Assembly (NCBI GenBank): GCA_035547675.1
Contig: DASZUI010000117.1
Location: 14,390-38,389, forward strand
DNA length: 24,000 nucleotides
Direction: 5' to 3'
Source of the DNA: Devosia sp.
GTDB taxonomy: Bacteria > Pseudomonadota > Alphaproteobacteria > Rhizobiales > Devosiaceae
A model generated the notes under the pieces. That model saw nothing but the letters and a program-made list of their open reading frames with translations. It was not told the DNA's origin and ran no database searches. A program made the position numbers and the translations under genes. This document shows, one piece after another, positions 23,796-24,000 of this stretch; position 1 is the stretch's first letter, and each line of letters begins with the position of its first letter.

Positions 23796-24000
23796 ATGCC
23801 GCGGCCGCCCTCCCCACCCGGCCTGACGCATCTCAGGGTGACGGTGGCCGATGATTTCTATCTCGGGCCAGGCCGCGCCGACCTGCTCGAACTGATTGCC
23901 GAGACCGGCTCGATCTCGGCGGCCGGCAAGCGCATGGACATGAGCTACAAGCGGGCCTGGAGCCTGGTGCAGGCGCTGAATGAGGGGTTTGGCGCGCCCT
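23796..24000 (+). CDS. ModE-N-terminal-like (LysR-type wHTH) regulator. Partial: it continues beyond the window end.
   Basis: It reads MPRPPSPPGLTHLRVTVADDFYLGPGRADLLELIAETGSISAAGKRMDMSYKRAWSLVQALNEGFGAP. The ...GSIS.A.K.M.MSYK.AW... pattern matches the ModE-type HTH. It starts 1 nt after the eda stop. Confidence 0.7.
   Translation, partial: MPRPPSPPGLTHLRVTVADDFYLGPGRADLLELIAETGSISAAGKRMDMSYKRAWSLVQALNEGFGAP

Overview
This is a high-GC, densely coding chromosomal segment that looks alphaproteobacterial (Rhizobiales-like) from gene content and codon bias. I saw no rRNA, tRNA, CRISPR array, transposase or integrase.

Gene content from left to right:
- A CUT2-type sugar ABC transporter on the minus strand (SBP, ATPase and a permease cut by the window edge, 1-3611).
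- An isolated HerA/FtsK-like P-loop ATPase with an unusual C-terminal half (3962-5455).
- A second sugar ABC operon on the minus strand that also carries a 4-oxalocrotonate-tautomerase-family gene and an SMP-30-type lactonase (5470-11140).
- An unrelated block of seven genes (11.4-15.3 kb): an HdeA-like secreted protein with a Thr/Pro-rich tail, a small GNAT, a small secreted protein, DedA, a VOC/glyoxalase, and an ArsR plus SRPBCC pair.
- An FAH-family hydrolase, a 55-aa membrane ORF, fucU and a GntR regulator, divergent from a UxaA-type sugar-acid dehydratase that is coupled to an acylphosphatase (15291-19617).
- A more A/T-rich parDE toxin-antitoxin cassette whose toxin is frameshifted (19628-20161). 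It sits directly against cueR.
- The divergent cueR/copA copper module (20163-23060), then eda and the start of a ModE-like HTH gene.

The two sugar blocks together look like a split regulon for non-phosphorylative L-fucose-type (6-deoxyhexose) catabolism, and they share a 14-nt promoter motif.

No multi-gene system in the window is clearly novel. The best candidates for follow-up are the orphan HerA-like ATPase, the tautomerase inside the sugar operon, the split HdeA-like protein, and the junction between the TA cassette and cueR.

All family calls come from reading motifs in the translations. No database search was run.
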